Shown here: positions 16,624 through 26,320 of the stretch, in pieces
How the letters are laid out: every line of letters starts with the position of its first letter
Position numbering within the stretch: the stretch's first letter is position 1
Source of the DNA: an uncultured Burkholderiales bacterium
GTDB taxonomy: Bacteria > Pseudomonadota > Gammaproteobacteria > Burkholderiales > Burkholderiaceae_C
Direction of reading: 5' to 3'
DNA length: 64,000 nucleotides
NCBI GenBank assembly: GCA_903953985.1
Contig: CAJBLW010000298.1
Span: forward strand, 32,514-96,513
Notes under the pieces: model-generated
Told to the model about the DNA's origin: nothing
What the model saw: only the letters and a program-made list of their open reading frames with translations
Database searches by the model: none
Translations under genes and position numbers: made by a program

Positions 16624-18192
16624 ATGGCATTGACTGACAACACATCCGAATCCCACGCCGACACCAAAGCCTTCCGCGCCGCCCAGTACGTGCGCATGTC
16701 CACCGAACACCAGCAGTACTCCACGCTCAACCAGGCCGACAAGATTCGCGAGTACGCCGACAAGCGCGGCATTGAGATCGTGCGCACCTATGCCGACGAC
16801 GGCAAGAGTGGACTCTCCATCGGTGGCCGTGCCTCCCTGCAAAAGCTGATCGCCGATGTCGAATCGGGCAACACCGACTTCAACCTGATTCTGGTCTACG
16901 ACGTCAGCCGCTGGGGCCGGTTTCAGGACGCGGACGAGTCGGCCTATTACGAATACATCTGCAAACGCCAGGGCATCAGCGTTGCCTACGTCGCCGAGCA
17001 GTTTGAAAACGATGGCTCCCCCGTTTCAACCATCGTCAAAGGCGTCAAGCGCGCCATGGCCGGTGAATACAGCCGCGAACTCTCGGCCAAGGTATTTGCT
17101 GGCCAGTGCCGCCTGATCGAACTGGGCTTTCGCCAGGGTGGCCCGGCCGGATTCGGCCTGCGCCGCGTGCTGATCGACCAGACCGGCGCCATCAAGGCCA
17201 CCTTGAAACCCGGCGAGCACAAAAGCCTGCAAACCGACCGGGTGATCCTGGTGCCGGGCCCTGAGCAGGAAGTGGCCACGGTTCACCAGATCTACCGCTG
17301 GCTGGTCGATGAAGATCTCCCCCTGTCTGAAATCGCCCAGCGCCTCAACGACATTCCTATCTACACCGATCGTGATTGCCCCTGGACCTACAGCACGGTC
17401 CGCCAGGTTCTGACCAACGAGAAGTACATCGGCAACAACGTCTACAACCGCCACTCCTTCAAGCTCAAGAAAAAGCACGTCGACAACCCGCCGCAGATGT
17501 GGATTCGCAAGCAGGGTGCATTCGAGGGCATCGTGCCTCTGGACACTTTCATGGCTGCGCAGGAAATCCTGACCGAACGCAGCCGTCGGTTCTCCGATGA
17601 AGAACTGCTTGAACACCTGCGATTGCTTTACCAGGAGCGAGGGACGCTGTCGGGCCTGATCATCAACGAGGCGCCGGCCCTGCCCAGCGCCGCCACCTAC
17701 ATCCAGCGCTTCGGCAGTTTGAGCAAGGCGTATGAACTGGTCGGTTTCCGCCCAGGGCGGGATCTGGAATTCCTCGAAATAAACCGGCGCTTGCGCCAAC
17801 TGCATCCAGAAATCGTCGAGCGCACCCAGCACACCATTGCCGAATTGGGTGGCGAGATTTGGCGTGACCCGCAAACCGATCTGCTGCATTTGAACCGGGA
17901 GTTGGTCATCAGCCTGGTGCTCGCGCGGTGCCAGCAACTTCCCAATGGCCTGCAACGCTGGCGCATCCGCTTTGACCCCAGCCGCTACCACCCGGACATC
18001 ACGGTGGCGGTACGGCTTGATCCCGCCAATGCCGCCGAACTCGATTACTACCTGCTACCGCGCCTCGACCTGCCCAACCAGGAATTGCAGGTCACGGCCA
18101 GAAACAGCGCCGAGATCGAATGCTTCCGCTTTGATGACCTGAACTTCTTCTACGGAATGTCCGAGCGGGAGCGCCTGCAACGACGGATCTGA
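16624..18192 (+). CDS. Large serine recombinase (integrase)
   Basis: YVRMSTEHQ (catalytic Ser), Y.DDGKSG, DVSRWGR, followed by recombinase domain (LTNEKYIG). Confidence 0.92.
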   Translation: MALTDNTSESHADTKAFRAAQYVRMSTEHQQYSTLNQADKIREYADKRGIEIVRTYADDGKSGLSIGGRASLQKLIADVESGNTDFNLILVYDVSRWGRFQDADESAYYEYICKRQGISVAYVAEQFENDGSPVSTIVKGVKRAMAGEYSRELSAKVFAGQCRLIELGFRQGGPAGFGLRRVLIDQTGAIKATLKPGEHKSLQTDRVILVPGPEQEVATVHQIYRWLVDEDLPLSEIAQRLNDIPIYTDRDCPWTYSTVRQVLTNEKYIGNNVYNRHSFKLKKKHVDNPPQMWIRKQGAFEGIVPLDTFMAAQEILTERSRRFSDEELLEHLRLLYQERGTLSGLIINEAPALPSAATYIQRFGSLSKAYELVGFRPGRDLEFLEINRRLRQLHPEIVERTQHTIAELGGEIWRDPQTDLLHLNRELVISLVLARCQQLPNGLQRWRIRFDPSRYHPDITVAVRLDPANAAELDYYLLPRLDLPNQELQVTARNSAEIECFRFDDLNFFYGMSERERLQRRI

Positions 18193-18246
18193 CCCTTCCG
18201 CCTCACGAAATACCAATCACCACCCACCCAGAAAGGAAACCCTGCC

Positions 18247-18297
18247 ATGACACCTTACCACCCTGATTTACGCACCCCCTGGAGACCGCCATGCTGA
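18247..18297 (+). CDS. Possible 16-aa leader peptide overlapping parB start
   Basis: AAAGGA RBS, then MTPYHPDLRTPWRPPC*; stop lies within ATGCTGA of the next gene. Confidence 0.25.
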   Translation: MTPYHPDLRTPWRPPC

Positions 18298-19190
18298 CCG
18301 GAATGCCAGAAACCGTCACCCTGATCCCCATCGCCCGAGTTGAAATCCTCAACTCCCGCGAACGCAATATGAAAATCTTCGAGGAGATCGTCGAGAACAT
18401 CAAATCGATCGGCTTGAAGAAACCCATCACCGTCACCGAGCGGCCCGGTGATGATGGAAATCCCAAGTACATGCTGGTCTGCGGCGAGGGACGGCTCAAC
18501 GCCTTCCGCATCCTGGGAGAGACGCACATCCCGGCCTTGGTGGTTGATGTCAGCGATGAAGACGCCTTCATCATGAGCCTCGCGGAGAACATCGCCCGGC
18601 GTGGCCACCGGCCACTGGAAATCCTGGCCGACATCGAAATCCTGCGCAAACGCGGCTACGACGCCGACACCATCATCCACAAAACAGGCCTCTCACCCAA
18701 GTACGTCAAAGACATCGTCTTCCTGCTGGACCAGGGGGAGGAGCGTCTGATCGAAGGCGTGCAGCGCGGCGCCATCCCGCTGACCACCGCCCTCGAAATC
18801 GCCCGCGCGAAGGATGACGACGAAAGCCTCGGCGGAATGCTCCAGGAGGCCTACGAAAACGGCCAGCTCAACCGACGCCAGATCATCGAGACCAAACGCC
18901 TGGTGGAAAAACGCCAGGAACATGGCCCCGGCTCACCCAACCCCGGCCAGATCAAACCACCGACCTCCAGCTACAGCCTGGTACGTACCTACCAGCGCGA
19001 AGTCGAGCGGCAACGCAAGATGGTGCTCAAGGCCGAGCACGCGCACCAGCGCTTGCTGTTGGTGGTGCAAGGATTGAAGAAGTTGTTCGCCGACGAACAT
19101 TTCGTGAACTTGCTGCGAGCCGAGGGATTGGACACCCTGCCCAAATACTTGGCAGAGCGCATCGACAACCTGAATGGAGCCCCCGCATGA
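18291..19190 (+). CDS. ParB/RepB/Spo0J-family protein 1
   Basis: IGLKKPITV, LVCGEGRL.A, SLAENIAR; RepB-like C-terminus (LLRAEGLDTLP). Confidence 0.85.
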   Translation: MLTGMPETVTLIPIARVEILNSRERNMKIFEEIVENIKSIGLKKPITVTERPGDDGNPKYMLVCGEGRLNAFRILGETHIPALVVDVSDEDAFIMSLAENIARRGHRPLEILADIEILRKRGYDADTIIHKTGLSPKYVKDIVFLLDQGEERLIEGVQRGAIPLTTALEIARAKDDDESLGGMLQEAYENGQLNRRQIIETKRLVEKRQEHGPGSPNPGQIKPPTSSYSLVRTYQREVERQRKMVLKAEHAHQRLLLVVQGLKKLFADEHFVNLLRAEGLDTLPKYLAERIDNLNGAPA

Positions 19191-20311
19191 ACCCCGCCAG
19201 CAATGCACAACCCAAGATCACGCCGATGTACCCCGGCATCCACCAGGCCGATGAAACTGAAGAAGGCCCGAACTTGCCGAAGGCCCCGCTCAACACCTTG
19301 CTCGGTTTCGATCTGGAGACCTATCAGATCCCGCTGGACACCCTGATGCCCAGCAAACGCATCCCGGACGGGGTAATGAGCACCCGCAAGTACAAGCAGG
19401 TCGTCTCCTCCATCCACGAAATTGGCTTGATCGAACCCCTGTCGGTGATCCAGCACGACCCTGCCAAGCCGGAGTTCATCCTGCTCGATGGCCATTTGCG
19501 GGTGCTGGCACTGAAGGATCTCGGCGTCCACGAGGCCCCCTGCCTGATCGCCAAAGACGACGAGACCTACACCTACAACCACCGCATCAACCGGCTCTCG
19601 ACCATCCAGGAGCACTACATGATCCGCCGCGCCATCGACCGCGGGGTGAGCAAGGAACGCCTGGCCCGGGCCTTTGGCGTGAACCTGAGCTCCATCAACC
19701 GGCGCATAAACCTCCTGGAAGGCATTTGCCCGGACGCGATCGCCCGACTGCAGGATAAGCAGTTCACCCCGGATGTGACGCGGGTACTGCGTAACATGAA
19801 AGCCGCCCGGCAAGTGGAGGCGGTGGAATTGATGGTGGCGAGCAACACCATCACGGTGGCGCACGCCGATGCTTTGCTCAAGGCCACGCCACCCGAGCAG
19901 CGCACCGACTTCAAACCCTCGGAGCGTGACAAGCAACTGGCGCCCATCGAGCAGATTGTCAAACTTGAAAAGGAAATGAGCCAGGTCCAGACCCAGTACA
20001 AGGACGCCGAAGAAAACTACGGCTCAGACCTGCTCAACCTGGTGGTCGCCAAGGGCTACTTGACCAAGCTGCTCGGCAATGATGCCGTCAAAAGCTACAT
20101 CACCCGACACGAACCCGAAATCCTCGAGCATTTCGAACTGGTGGTGAACACCGTCAGCATGGAAGAGGCGGTGCAGCAGCAACTCGAGGCCGATGGCGAA
20201 CTCGAAGAGGATCCCGACAGCAACGAGCAGCCTGCGGCAGAAAACACGTCTCCTAATTCCGAAAATGACACCGAAACCCAAGACCAAGAAGGTAAATCCG
20301 CCACCGAATAG
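19187..20311 (+). CDS. ParB/RepB-family protein 2 with acidic tail
   Basis: IGLIEPLSV, LLDGHLRV.AL, HTH (KERLARAFGVN); ATGA overlap. Confidence 0.82.
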   Translation: MNPASNAQPKITPMYPGIHQADETEEGPNLPKAPLNTLLGFDLETYQIPLDTLMPSKRIPDGVMSTRKYKQVVSSIHEIGLIEPLSVIQHDPAKPEFILLDGHLRVLALKDLGVHEAPCLIAKDDETYTYNHRINRLSTIQEHYMIRRAIDRGVSKERLARAFGVNLSSINRRINLLEGICPDAIARLQDKQFTPDVTRVLRNMKAARQVEAVELMVASNTITVAHADALLKATPPEQRTDFKPSERDKQLAPIEQIVKLEKEMSQVQTQYKDAEENYGSDLLNLVVAKGYLTKLLGNDAVKSYITRHEPEILEHFELVVNTVSMEEAVQQQLEADGELEEDPDSNEQPAAENTSPNSENDTETQDQEGKSATE

Positions 20312-20344
20312 TAAAACCAGATGAAATGACCGATGGGAATGTCA

Positions 20345-20374
20345 TTGCCGCGCTGCAATACTGAGGGGTAAAAT
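20345..20374 (+). promoter_or_regulatory. Putative sigma70 promoter of rfaH
   Basis: TTGCCG-N18-TAAAAT upstream of GGAGG RBS. Confidence 0.4.
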
Positions 20375-20406
20375 GCTGACAATAAAGATAACCTTCGGAG
20401 GTGGCG

Positions 20407-20904
20407 ATGCACTGGTATCTCGTTCATACCAAGCCCAGACAGGAAAAGTGCGCCTTGGACAACCTCCACCGGCAGGGTTATCTGTGCTACCTACCGACGA
20501 TTCCTTCTGAGAAGCTCCGCCAGGGCCTGCTGACGGTGGCAGACGAGCCGCTGTTTCCGCGTTATCTGTTTATCCGCCTGGGCCGGGGAGATTCGGCCAA
20601 GAGCTGGACCCCCATCCGTTCCACCAAGGGTGTCAGCCGTCTGGTCAGCTTCGGGATCGAACCGGCGCGGGTGGATGATGGCCTGATCGAACTGTTGCGA
20701 ACACAGGAAGCATTGGTTCAGACTGATCCTGCGCGCTTGTTCAAGCCGGGCGAGCGCGTCCGTTTGACGGAAGCGCCGTTTGCCGGCATCGAAGGCGTCT
20801 ACCAAATGGCCGATGGCGAGCGTCGGGTCATGGTGCTGATCGAGATTCTGAGCAAGCCCGTGGCGGTGCGTGTCGCACCGGCCAGTTTGCGCAAGGCGAG
20901 CTGA
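20407..20904 (+). CDS. rfaH: Transcription/translation antiterminator RfaH
   Basis: GGAGG RBS; WYLVHTKPRQE, EPLFPRYLF, IRSTKGVS, KOW GERVRLTEAPFAG; ops site downstream. Confidence 0.92.
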   Translation: MHWYLVHTKPRQEKCALDNLHRQGYLCYLPTIPSEKLRQGLLTVADEPLFPRYLFIRLGRGDSAKSWTPIRSTKGVSRLVSFGIEPARVDDGLIELLRTQEALVQTDPARLFKPGERVRLTEAPFAGIEGVYQMADGERRVMVLIEILSKPVAVRVAPASLRKAS

Positions 20905-21075
20905 CATACCTGCCTCGTTATTGCCTGTTTGGCAAAAAACCTTTCTCAAAGTCATGACGGTGTGGCACAATCTCGTTCGTCCGTCGAACTTGCGGCAGCA
21001 CCTTTTGCCGCACTTTACTGCTCCGGACCCCCTGCTAAAACCCGCTGACCGCGCTTGCTGATCGTGAAACGGCAT

Positions 21076-21087
21076 GGCGGTAGCGTG
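21076..21087 (+). promoter_or_regulatory. ops element (RfaH loading site)
   Basis: Exact GGCGGTAGCGTG in the leader of the polysaccharide operon. Confidence 0.92.
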
Positions 21088-21098
21088 CCAAAACCACC

Positions 21099-21470
21099 TT
21101 GAGCCTCGTATCCCCACTACAGAAATTGGCTGGTTTCCAAGAGGAAATCCAGTTCGAAGTGCTGCGCCGTTTGCATCAGACGCCTCAGGTAAGTCAGCGT
21201 GCGCTGGCCAAGGATCTGGGTGTGGGGCTTGGTACGATCAATTTCTGCTTCCAGGCTCTTGTGGAAAAGGGCTTGGTGAAGATGCAGAACTTCAGCCAGA
21301 GCAAGAACAAGCTGCGTTATGCCTACTTGCTGACGCCGGCTGGGGTAGCTGAAAAGTCCAAGCTGACTGCGGAGTTTCTGAAGAGCAAAGTAGCCGAGTA
21401 TGAAACGCTTCAAGCCGAAATTGAGGCCTTGAAAGTCGAGATGAATCCTGTGAAGGCCGGCTCGCAATGA
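21099..21470 (+). CDS. MarR-family EPS-associated transcriptional regulator
   Basis: [35 protein letters not shown]; start codon uncertain (TTG). Confidence 0.85.
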   Translation: MSLVSPLQKLAGFQEEIQFEVLRRLHQTPQVSQRALAKDLGVGLGTINFCFQALVEKGLVKMQNFSQSKNKLRYAYLLTPAGVAEKSKLTAEFLKSKVAEYETLQAEIEALKVEMNPVKAGSQ

Positions 21471-22654
21471 AGATCGCCATTGCCGGAACCGGCTACGTCG
21501 GACTCTCCAACGGCATCTTGCTTGCCCAGCACAATGAAGTGGTTTGTCTGGATATCGTTGCCGAGAAGGTGGCGATGCTCAACCGCAAGGAGTCCCCGAT
21601 CGAAGACGCTGAGATCGAAGATTTCCTCAAGAGCAAGCCGATCAACTTCCGCGCAACGCTCGATAAACAAGAAGCCTACGTCGACGCGGACTACGTCATT
21701 ATCGCCACGCCGACAGACTACGATCCCGAGACCAATTACTTCAACACTCAATCCATCGAAGCAGTCATTCGGGATGTCATGGCCATTAATTCGGTTGCGA
21801 CGATGGTTATAAAGTCCACCGTTCCGGTTGGCTACACCGAGCGTACTCAGCAGGCCCTCAGCACGCAAAACCTCATCTTCTCACCCGAGTTCCTTCGCGA
21901 GGGTAAAGCGCTACACGATAACCTTCATCCATCGCGCATAGTTGTTGGTGAGCGCTCCAAACGGGCCGAGGTTTTTGCCAATTTGCTCAAGCAGGGAGCG
22001 ATCAAACGGGATGTTTCGACCCTATTTACCGGTAGCACCGAAGCCGAGGCGATCAAGCTTTTCGCAAACACCTTCCTCGCTATGCGCGTTGCCTACTTCA
22101 ATGAGCTCGATACCTACGCCGCCACCCACGGTCTGGATACGCGCCAGATTATCGAAGGCGTCTGTCTTGACTCGCGTATCGGCGCTCACTACAACAATCC
22201 CAGCTTCGGCTACGGCGGCTACTGCCTACCGAAGGACACTAAGCAGTTGTTGGCTAACTATCGTGATGTCCCTCAGAATCTTATTCACGCTATCGTCGAA
22301 TCCAACACCACACGCAAAGACTTCATCGCGAACGAAGTGGTCCGTCTTTGCCAAGTTGGTAACTCAGGCAAAGTGCCAGTCGTCGGTATTTATCGACTGG
22401 TGATGAAGCAGGGAAGTGACAACTTTCGCGCTTCAGCCATTCAAGGCGTGATGAAGCGGATCAAAGCCAAAGGCGTCGAGGTCATCGTCTACGAGCCAGT
22501 TTTAAGGGATGCAAGGTATTTTCACTCTCGAGTGGTCAATGATTTGGACTCCTTTAAACGAGAAGCAAACGTAATAATCGCCAATCGAAAATCTGATGCG
22601 CTTGGTGATGTTGCTCACAAGGTTTACACGCGAGATTTATTCGGTGCTGATTGA
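21467..22654 (+). CDS. ugd: UDP-glucose 6-dehydrogenase
   Basis: [25 protein letters not shown]. Confidence 0.95.
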   Translation: MKIAIAGTGYVGLSNGILLAQHNEVVCLDIVAEKVAMLNRKESPIEDAEIEDFLKSKPINFRATLDKQEAYVDADYVIIATPTDYDPETNYFNTQSIEAVIRDVMAINSVATMVIKSTVPVGYTERTQQALSTQNLIFSPEFLREGKALHDNLHPSRIVVGERSKRAEVFANLLKQGAIKRDVSTLFTGSTEAEAIKLFANTFLAMRVAYFNELDTYAATHGLDTRQIIEGVCLDSRIGAHYNNPSFGYGGYCLPKDTKQLLANYRDVPQNLIHAIVESNTTRKDFIANEVVRLCQVGNSGKVPVVGIYRLVMKQGSDNFRASAIQGVMKRIKAKGVEVIVYEPVLRDARYFHSRVVNDLDSFKREANVIIANRKSDALGDVAHKVYTRDLFGAD

Positions 22655-22687
22655 TTTGGTGGTGCAATTATTATTGCGAGAATTAAA

Positions 22688-23644
22688 ATGTCCAATCGAT
22701 ATTCGATAAAAAAAAGAGTTTTGGTTACCGGCGGTGCTGGGTTCTTAGGGTCGCATCTCTGTGAACGCTTGCTCGCTGATGGTTGCGATGTCCTTTGCGT
22801 TGATAATTTTTTTACTGGCACTCGCGAAAATATACTGAATCTTCTAAAAAATCCCCATTTCGAACTGTTGCGGCACGATATTTCGCAACCCCTCAATGTC
22901 GAGGTGGATGAGATATACAACTTGGCGTGTCCAGCTTCGCCGATCCACTATCAATTCGATCCGGTACAGACCACCAAGACTAGTGTCATGGGGGCCATCA
23001 ATGTCCTTGATCTTGCCAAGCGAACCAGGGCCCGTGTGTTTCAGGCGTCTACCAGTGAAGTCTATGGCGATCCGTTCGTCCATCCACAGGCTGAGACGTA
23101 TTGGGGGAATGTTAATCCGATTGGTCCTAGGAGTTGTTACGACGAAGGCAAACGCTGCGCCGAGACACTGTTCTTCGATTATTGGCGGCAACACGAGATG
23201 CCGATCAAAGTCGTCAGGATTTTCAACACGTATGGTCCTCGCATGCATCCTAACGACGGTCGCGTGGTTAGCAACTTCATCGTACAGGCGCTGCGTGGTG
23301 ACGACATCACGATCTACGGCGAAGGGGTGCAGACTCGAAGCTTCTGTTATGTGGATGACTTGATCGATGGATTCGTTCGCATGATGGCTTCGCCGGTGGA
23401 TTTTCTTGGCCCAGTGAATATGGGCAATCCGGGGGAGTTCACGATGATCGAGTTGGCCGAGACGGTGCTTCGTCTCACCGACTCGCCAAGCAAGTTACGG
23501 TTCATGCCATTACCCAAGGACGATCCGCGTCAGCGGCAGCCAGACATCTCTCTGGCCGGTGAAAAGCTCAGTTGGGCGCCCAAGGTGCAGCTTGAGGATG
23601 GTTTGGCCCGCACCATCGAATACTTCCGCGAGATGATCGTTTAA
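22688..23644 (+). CDS. uxs: UDP-glucuronate decarboxylase (UDP-xylose synthase)
   Basis: [38 protein letters not shown]. Confidence 0.9.
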   Translation: MSNRYSIKKRVLVTGGAGFLGSHLCERLLADGCDVLCVDNFFTGTRENILNLLKNPHFELLRHDISQPLNVEVDEIYNLACPASPIHYQFDPVQTTKTSVMGAINVLDLAKRTRARVFQASTSEVYGDPFVHPQAETYWGNVNPIGPRSCYDEGKRCAETLFFDYWRQHEMPIKVVRIFNTYGPRMHPNDGRVVSNFIVQALRGDDITIYGEGVQTRSFCYVDDLIDGFVRMMASPVDFLGPVNMGNPGEFTMIELAETVLRLTDSPSKLRFMPLPKDDPRQRQPDISLAGEKLSWAPKVQLEDGLARTIEYFREMIV

Positions 23645-24231
23645 TGAGCTTGCTGCCCGTCGCCGGCCAGCGCGCGTTATTCCTCGACCGCGACGGAGTG
23701 ATCAACGTCAACCATGGCTACGTCAATTCGATAGAAAATTTCGACTTTGTCGATGGCATATTCGATCTGGTCAGGACTGCGTGTAAAGCGGGCTACCGCG
23801 TGGTAGTGGTCACCAATCAGGCAGGAATTGGTCGCGGATACTACTCGGAGGGGCAATTCCACGAGTTGACGGTTTGGATGTGTGCACAATTCGAAAAGCA
23901 CGGCGCACCCATCGACCGAGTTTATTTCTCGCCCTACCACCCGACAGCAGGGATCGGCAAGTATCGGAAGGACGAAGACACGAGGAAGCCTGGGCCCGGG
24001 ATGATCCTCAGGGCAAAGCGTGAACTTGGTCTGTCGCTGGAGGATTCGATTCTTGTTGGTGACAAGCCGAGTGATATTCTGGCCGGGATTACGGCCGGCG
24101 TGCGGACGAATGTTCTATTGTCGAACGATACATATGTTGAACTCACGGGACTTGATTACTTGCCGGCTCGAGCCCTCAAGGATGTGATCCCGTGCTTAGA
24201 GGGCGCCGTTTCAGCGCTGGCCCAGCGATGA
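23644..24231 (+). CDS. gmhB: D,D-heptose bisphosphate phosphatase (HAD)
   Basis: FLDRDGVIN, TNQAGIGRG, RKPGPGM, GDKPSD. Confidence 0.88.
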   Translation: MSLLPVAGQRALFLDRDGVINVNHGYVNSIENFDFVDGIFDLVRTACKAGYRVVVVTNQAGIGRGYYSEGQFHELTVWMCAQFEKHGAPIDRVYFSPYHPTAGIGKYRKDEDTRKPGPGMILRAKRELGLSLEDSILVGDKPSDILAGITAGVRTNVLLSNDTYVELTGLDYLPARALKDVIPCLEGAVSALAQR

Positions 24232-24941
24232 AGATACTAATTCTTGCGGGAGGTTTGGGGACCCGGCTTCGGAACGTCGTTAAGGACGTTCCGAAACCCC
24301 TAGCGCCCGTTGGTTCAACGCCGTTCCTGCACTACCAGGTCGAGAACTGGATCGCACAGGGTGTCCAGTCCTTCGTGTTTCTGCTGTGTCACCAGGCAGA
24401 ACTCATCGACTGCTTCATTGAAGAGCGGCGAAGCACTCTGCTAGCCAGTTGCGAAGTGAAATCGATCGTCGAGCCCCAGCCGCTGGATACGGGAGGCGCC
24501 GTGGCTTATGCGGTCAGGCAACTCGGCCTTGACGGCGAGTTCATCGTGACCAATGCTGATACCTGGCTTGGATCTGGTGTGCGCGAGCTCGCTAACGCTG
24601 GATCGGACACGATGGTCGTCGTTAAGCAGGAAGAAGTCTCTCGTTACGGGCTCGTGGAGATCGACGATGCTGGTTTCGTGTCAGGTTTCCGCGAAAAAGG
24701 CGAGAGCAGGGGCGCAGGCTGGATCAACGCCGGAATGGGGCTGTTCCGGGCAGAGCATTTCAGAAAATGGAATGGACAGCGCCTGTCCCTGGAAAAAGAT
24801 GTTTTCCCGGAATTGATTGCGGCTAGACAACTGAAGGTGCTTCCGCTGGAATCAGATTTCATCGATATTGGGGTTCCTGCAGATTATTTAAGGTTTTGCC
24901 GCTGGCAGGAGAGCGGACGTGAGGGTAGCCTGTGCAATTAA
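24228..24941 (+). CDS. hddC: Heptose-1-phosphate guanylyltransferase-like nucleotidyltransferase
   Basis: LAGGLGTRL..PKPL, TGGA, FIDIGVP.DY; context with gmhB/hddA/gmhA. Confidence 0.82.
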   Translation: MKILILAGGLGTRLRNVVKDVPKPLAPVGSTPFLHYQVENWIAQGVQSFVFLLCHQAELIDCFIEERRSTLLASCEVKSIVEPQPLDTGGAVAYAVRQLGLDGEFIVTNADTWLGSGVRELANAGSDTMVVVKQEEVSRYGLVEIDDAGFVSGFREKGESRGAGWINAGMGLFRAEHFRKWNGQRLSLEKDVFPELIAARQLKVLPLESDFIDIGVPADYLRFCRWQESGREGSLCN

Positions 24942-26320
24942 GTAAGTTCCTGATCATCGAGAGTGCATCGATGCGCGATGCTCTCTCCCAAATCGAAGGC
25001 AATCATCACGGGATTGTTCTGACAACTGACAATAAAGGCGCCGTCAATGGTCTGGCAACAGATGGCGATATCAGACGCCGCCTCCTTGAGGGTGGTACGC
25101 TAGACGAACCTATCGGATCTTGCGCCAATCGCACGTTCGTATGGGAGACGCCCGCGACATCGCGGGAGTCGTTAATAAAGAAACTTGACCACCGAATCCG
25201 ATTCATCCCGATTCTTGACAAGGATCGTCGTCTTGTTGGAGTCGTCAGTCGCGAACATCTGCCAGTTCAACTCGAGGAGGCGGTCTATGCTCGATCGCGC
25301 TCGCCTGTACGCATCAGTTTTGGCGGGGGCGGATCAGACCTTACCCATTATTTTTCGGAAATCAGCGGTGCGGTCATCAACACCACGGTCTCTTTGTATA
25401 GCCATGCGACACTACGAGTCCGAAACGACAGTAAAATCTTACTGTCTTCGCGCGACTTGGGGCAGACGCTAGAAGCGGAAGACCTCTCGACCGCATTGAA
25501 TCAAGTGGGGTGTTTCGGCCTCCTGCAAGCCATCCTAAAAGCAATCAGCCCCGACTTTGGGTTTGAGCTCTACCTGCACTCCGACTTCCCTATGAAGTCT
25601 GGACTAGGAGGTTCTGCTGTCGTGTCATCTGCTGTCCTCGGTTGTTTTAATCAGTTTCGCCGCGACAAGTGGGACATGCATGAACTAGCCGAACTCGCCT
25701 ACCAGGCTGAACGCCTGCACCTGGGTGTGGCGGGCGGTTGGCAGGACCAGTACGCCACGGTGTTCGGCGGCTTCAATTTCATGGAATTCCGGATGGACCA
25801 GAACATCGTTCATCCGCTGCGCATCCACCCCGACACGTTGCTGGAGCTTGAAGAGAGCTTGCTACTCTGCGACACCGGCACCACCCACGAGTCCGGCGAT
25901 ATCCACGAGGACCAGCGCCGCGAGATGCAGCAGGACGATGTGCGCATCCTGGTGCGCAACAACGTCGAATTGTCGTACCGCATGCGCAACCTGCTGCTGC
26001 GCGGTCGGTTGCTCGAATTCGGCCACGCGCTCGATGAGGCGTGGCAGACCAAGCGCCGCCTCAGTAGCAAGATATCCAACACGCGCCTGGACGCGGTGTA
26101 CGACGGCGCGATGCGTAACGGCGCGCTGGGCGGCAAGTTGCTGGGCGCCGGCGGCGGCGGCTTCTTCCTCTTCTACGTGCCGCCGTTCTACAAGCACCAA
26201 CTAATGTCCCACCTCGAAGCCACCGGGCTGAAGGTGCAGCCGTTCCGTTTCGAACAGGAGGGGCTGCGCGCCTGGACGGTGCGCGAGGGCAGGAACCACA
26301 TCGAAATGGACAGCAAGTGA
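24932..26320 (+). CDS. hddA: CBS-domain + GHMP kinase (heptose-7-phosphate kinase HddA-like)
   Basis: N-term TDGDIRR CBS pair; PVRISFGGGGSD, SGLGGS, GGWQDQY, GKLLGAGGGG. Confidence 0.85.
   Translation: MQLSKFLIIESASMRDALSQIEGNHHGIVLTTDNKGAVNGLATDGDIRRRLLEGGTLDEPIGSCANRTFVWETPATSRESLIKKLDHRIRFIPILDKDRRLVGVVSREHLPVQLEEAVYARSRSPVRISFGGGGSDLTHYFSEISGAVINTTVSLYSHATLRVRNDSKILLSSRDLGQTLEAEDLSTALNQVGCFGLLQAILKAISPDFGFELYLHSDFPMKSGLGGSAVVSSAVLGCFNQFRRDKWDMHELAELAYQAERLHLGVAGGWQDQYATVFGGFNFMEFRMDQNIVHPLRIHPDTLLELEESLLLCDTGTTHESGDIHEDQRREMQQDDVRILVRNNVELSYRMRNLLLRGRLLEFGHALDEAWQTKRRLSSKISNTRLDAVYDGAMRNGALGGKLLGAGGGGFFLFYVPPFYKHQLMSHLEATGLKVQPFRFEQEGLRAWTVREGRNHIEMDSK

Noticed and set aside
16012-20904. 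Two rfaH copies as a target-site duplication or attL/attR
   Set aside because: Only about 56% amino-acid identity and no long identical DNA stretch noticed
20921-20940. Hairpin TTGCC-TGTTT-GGCAA after rfaH as a terminator
   Set aside because: Short stem with no U-tract following it on either strand
20961-20980. TGGCAC as a sigma54 -24 box
   Set aside because: No TTGC at the -12 position
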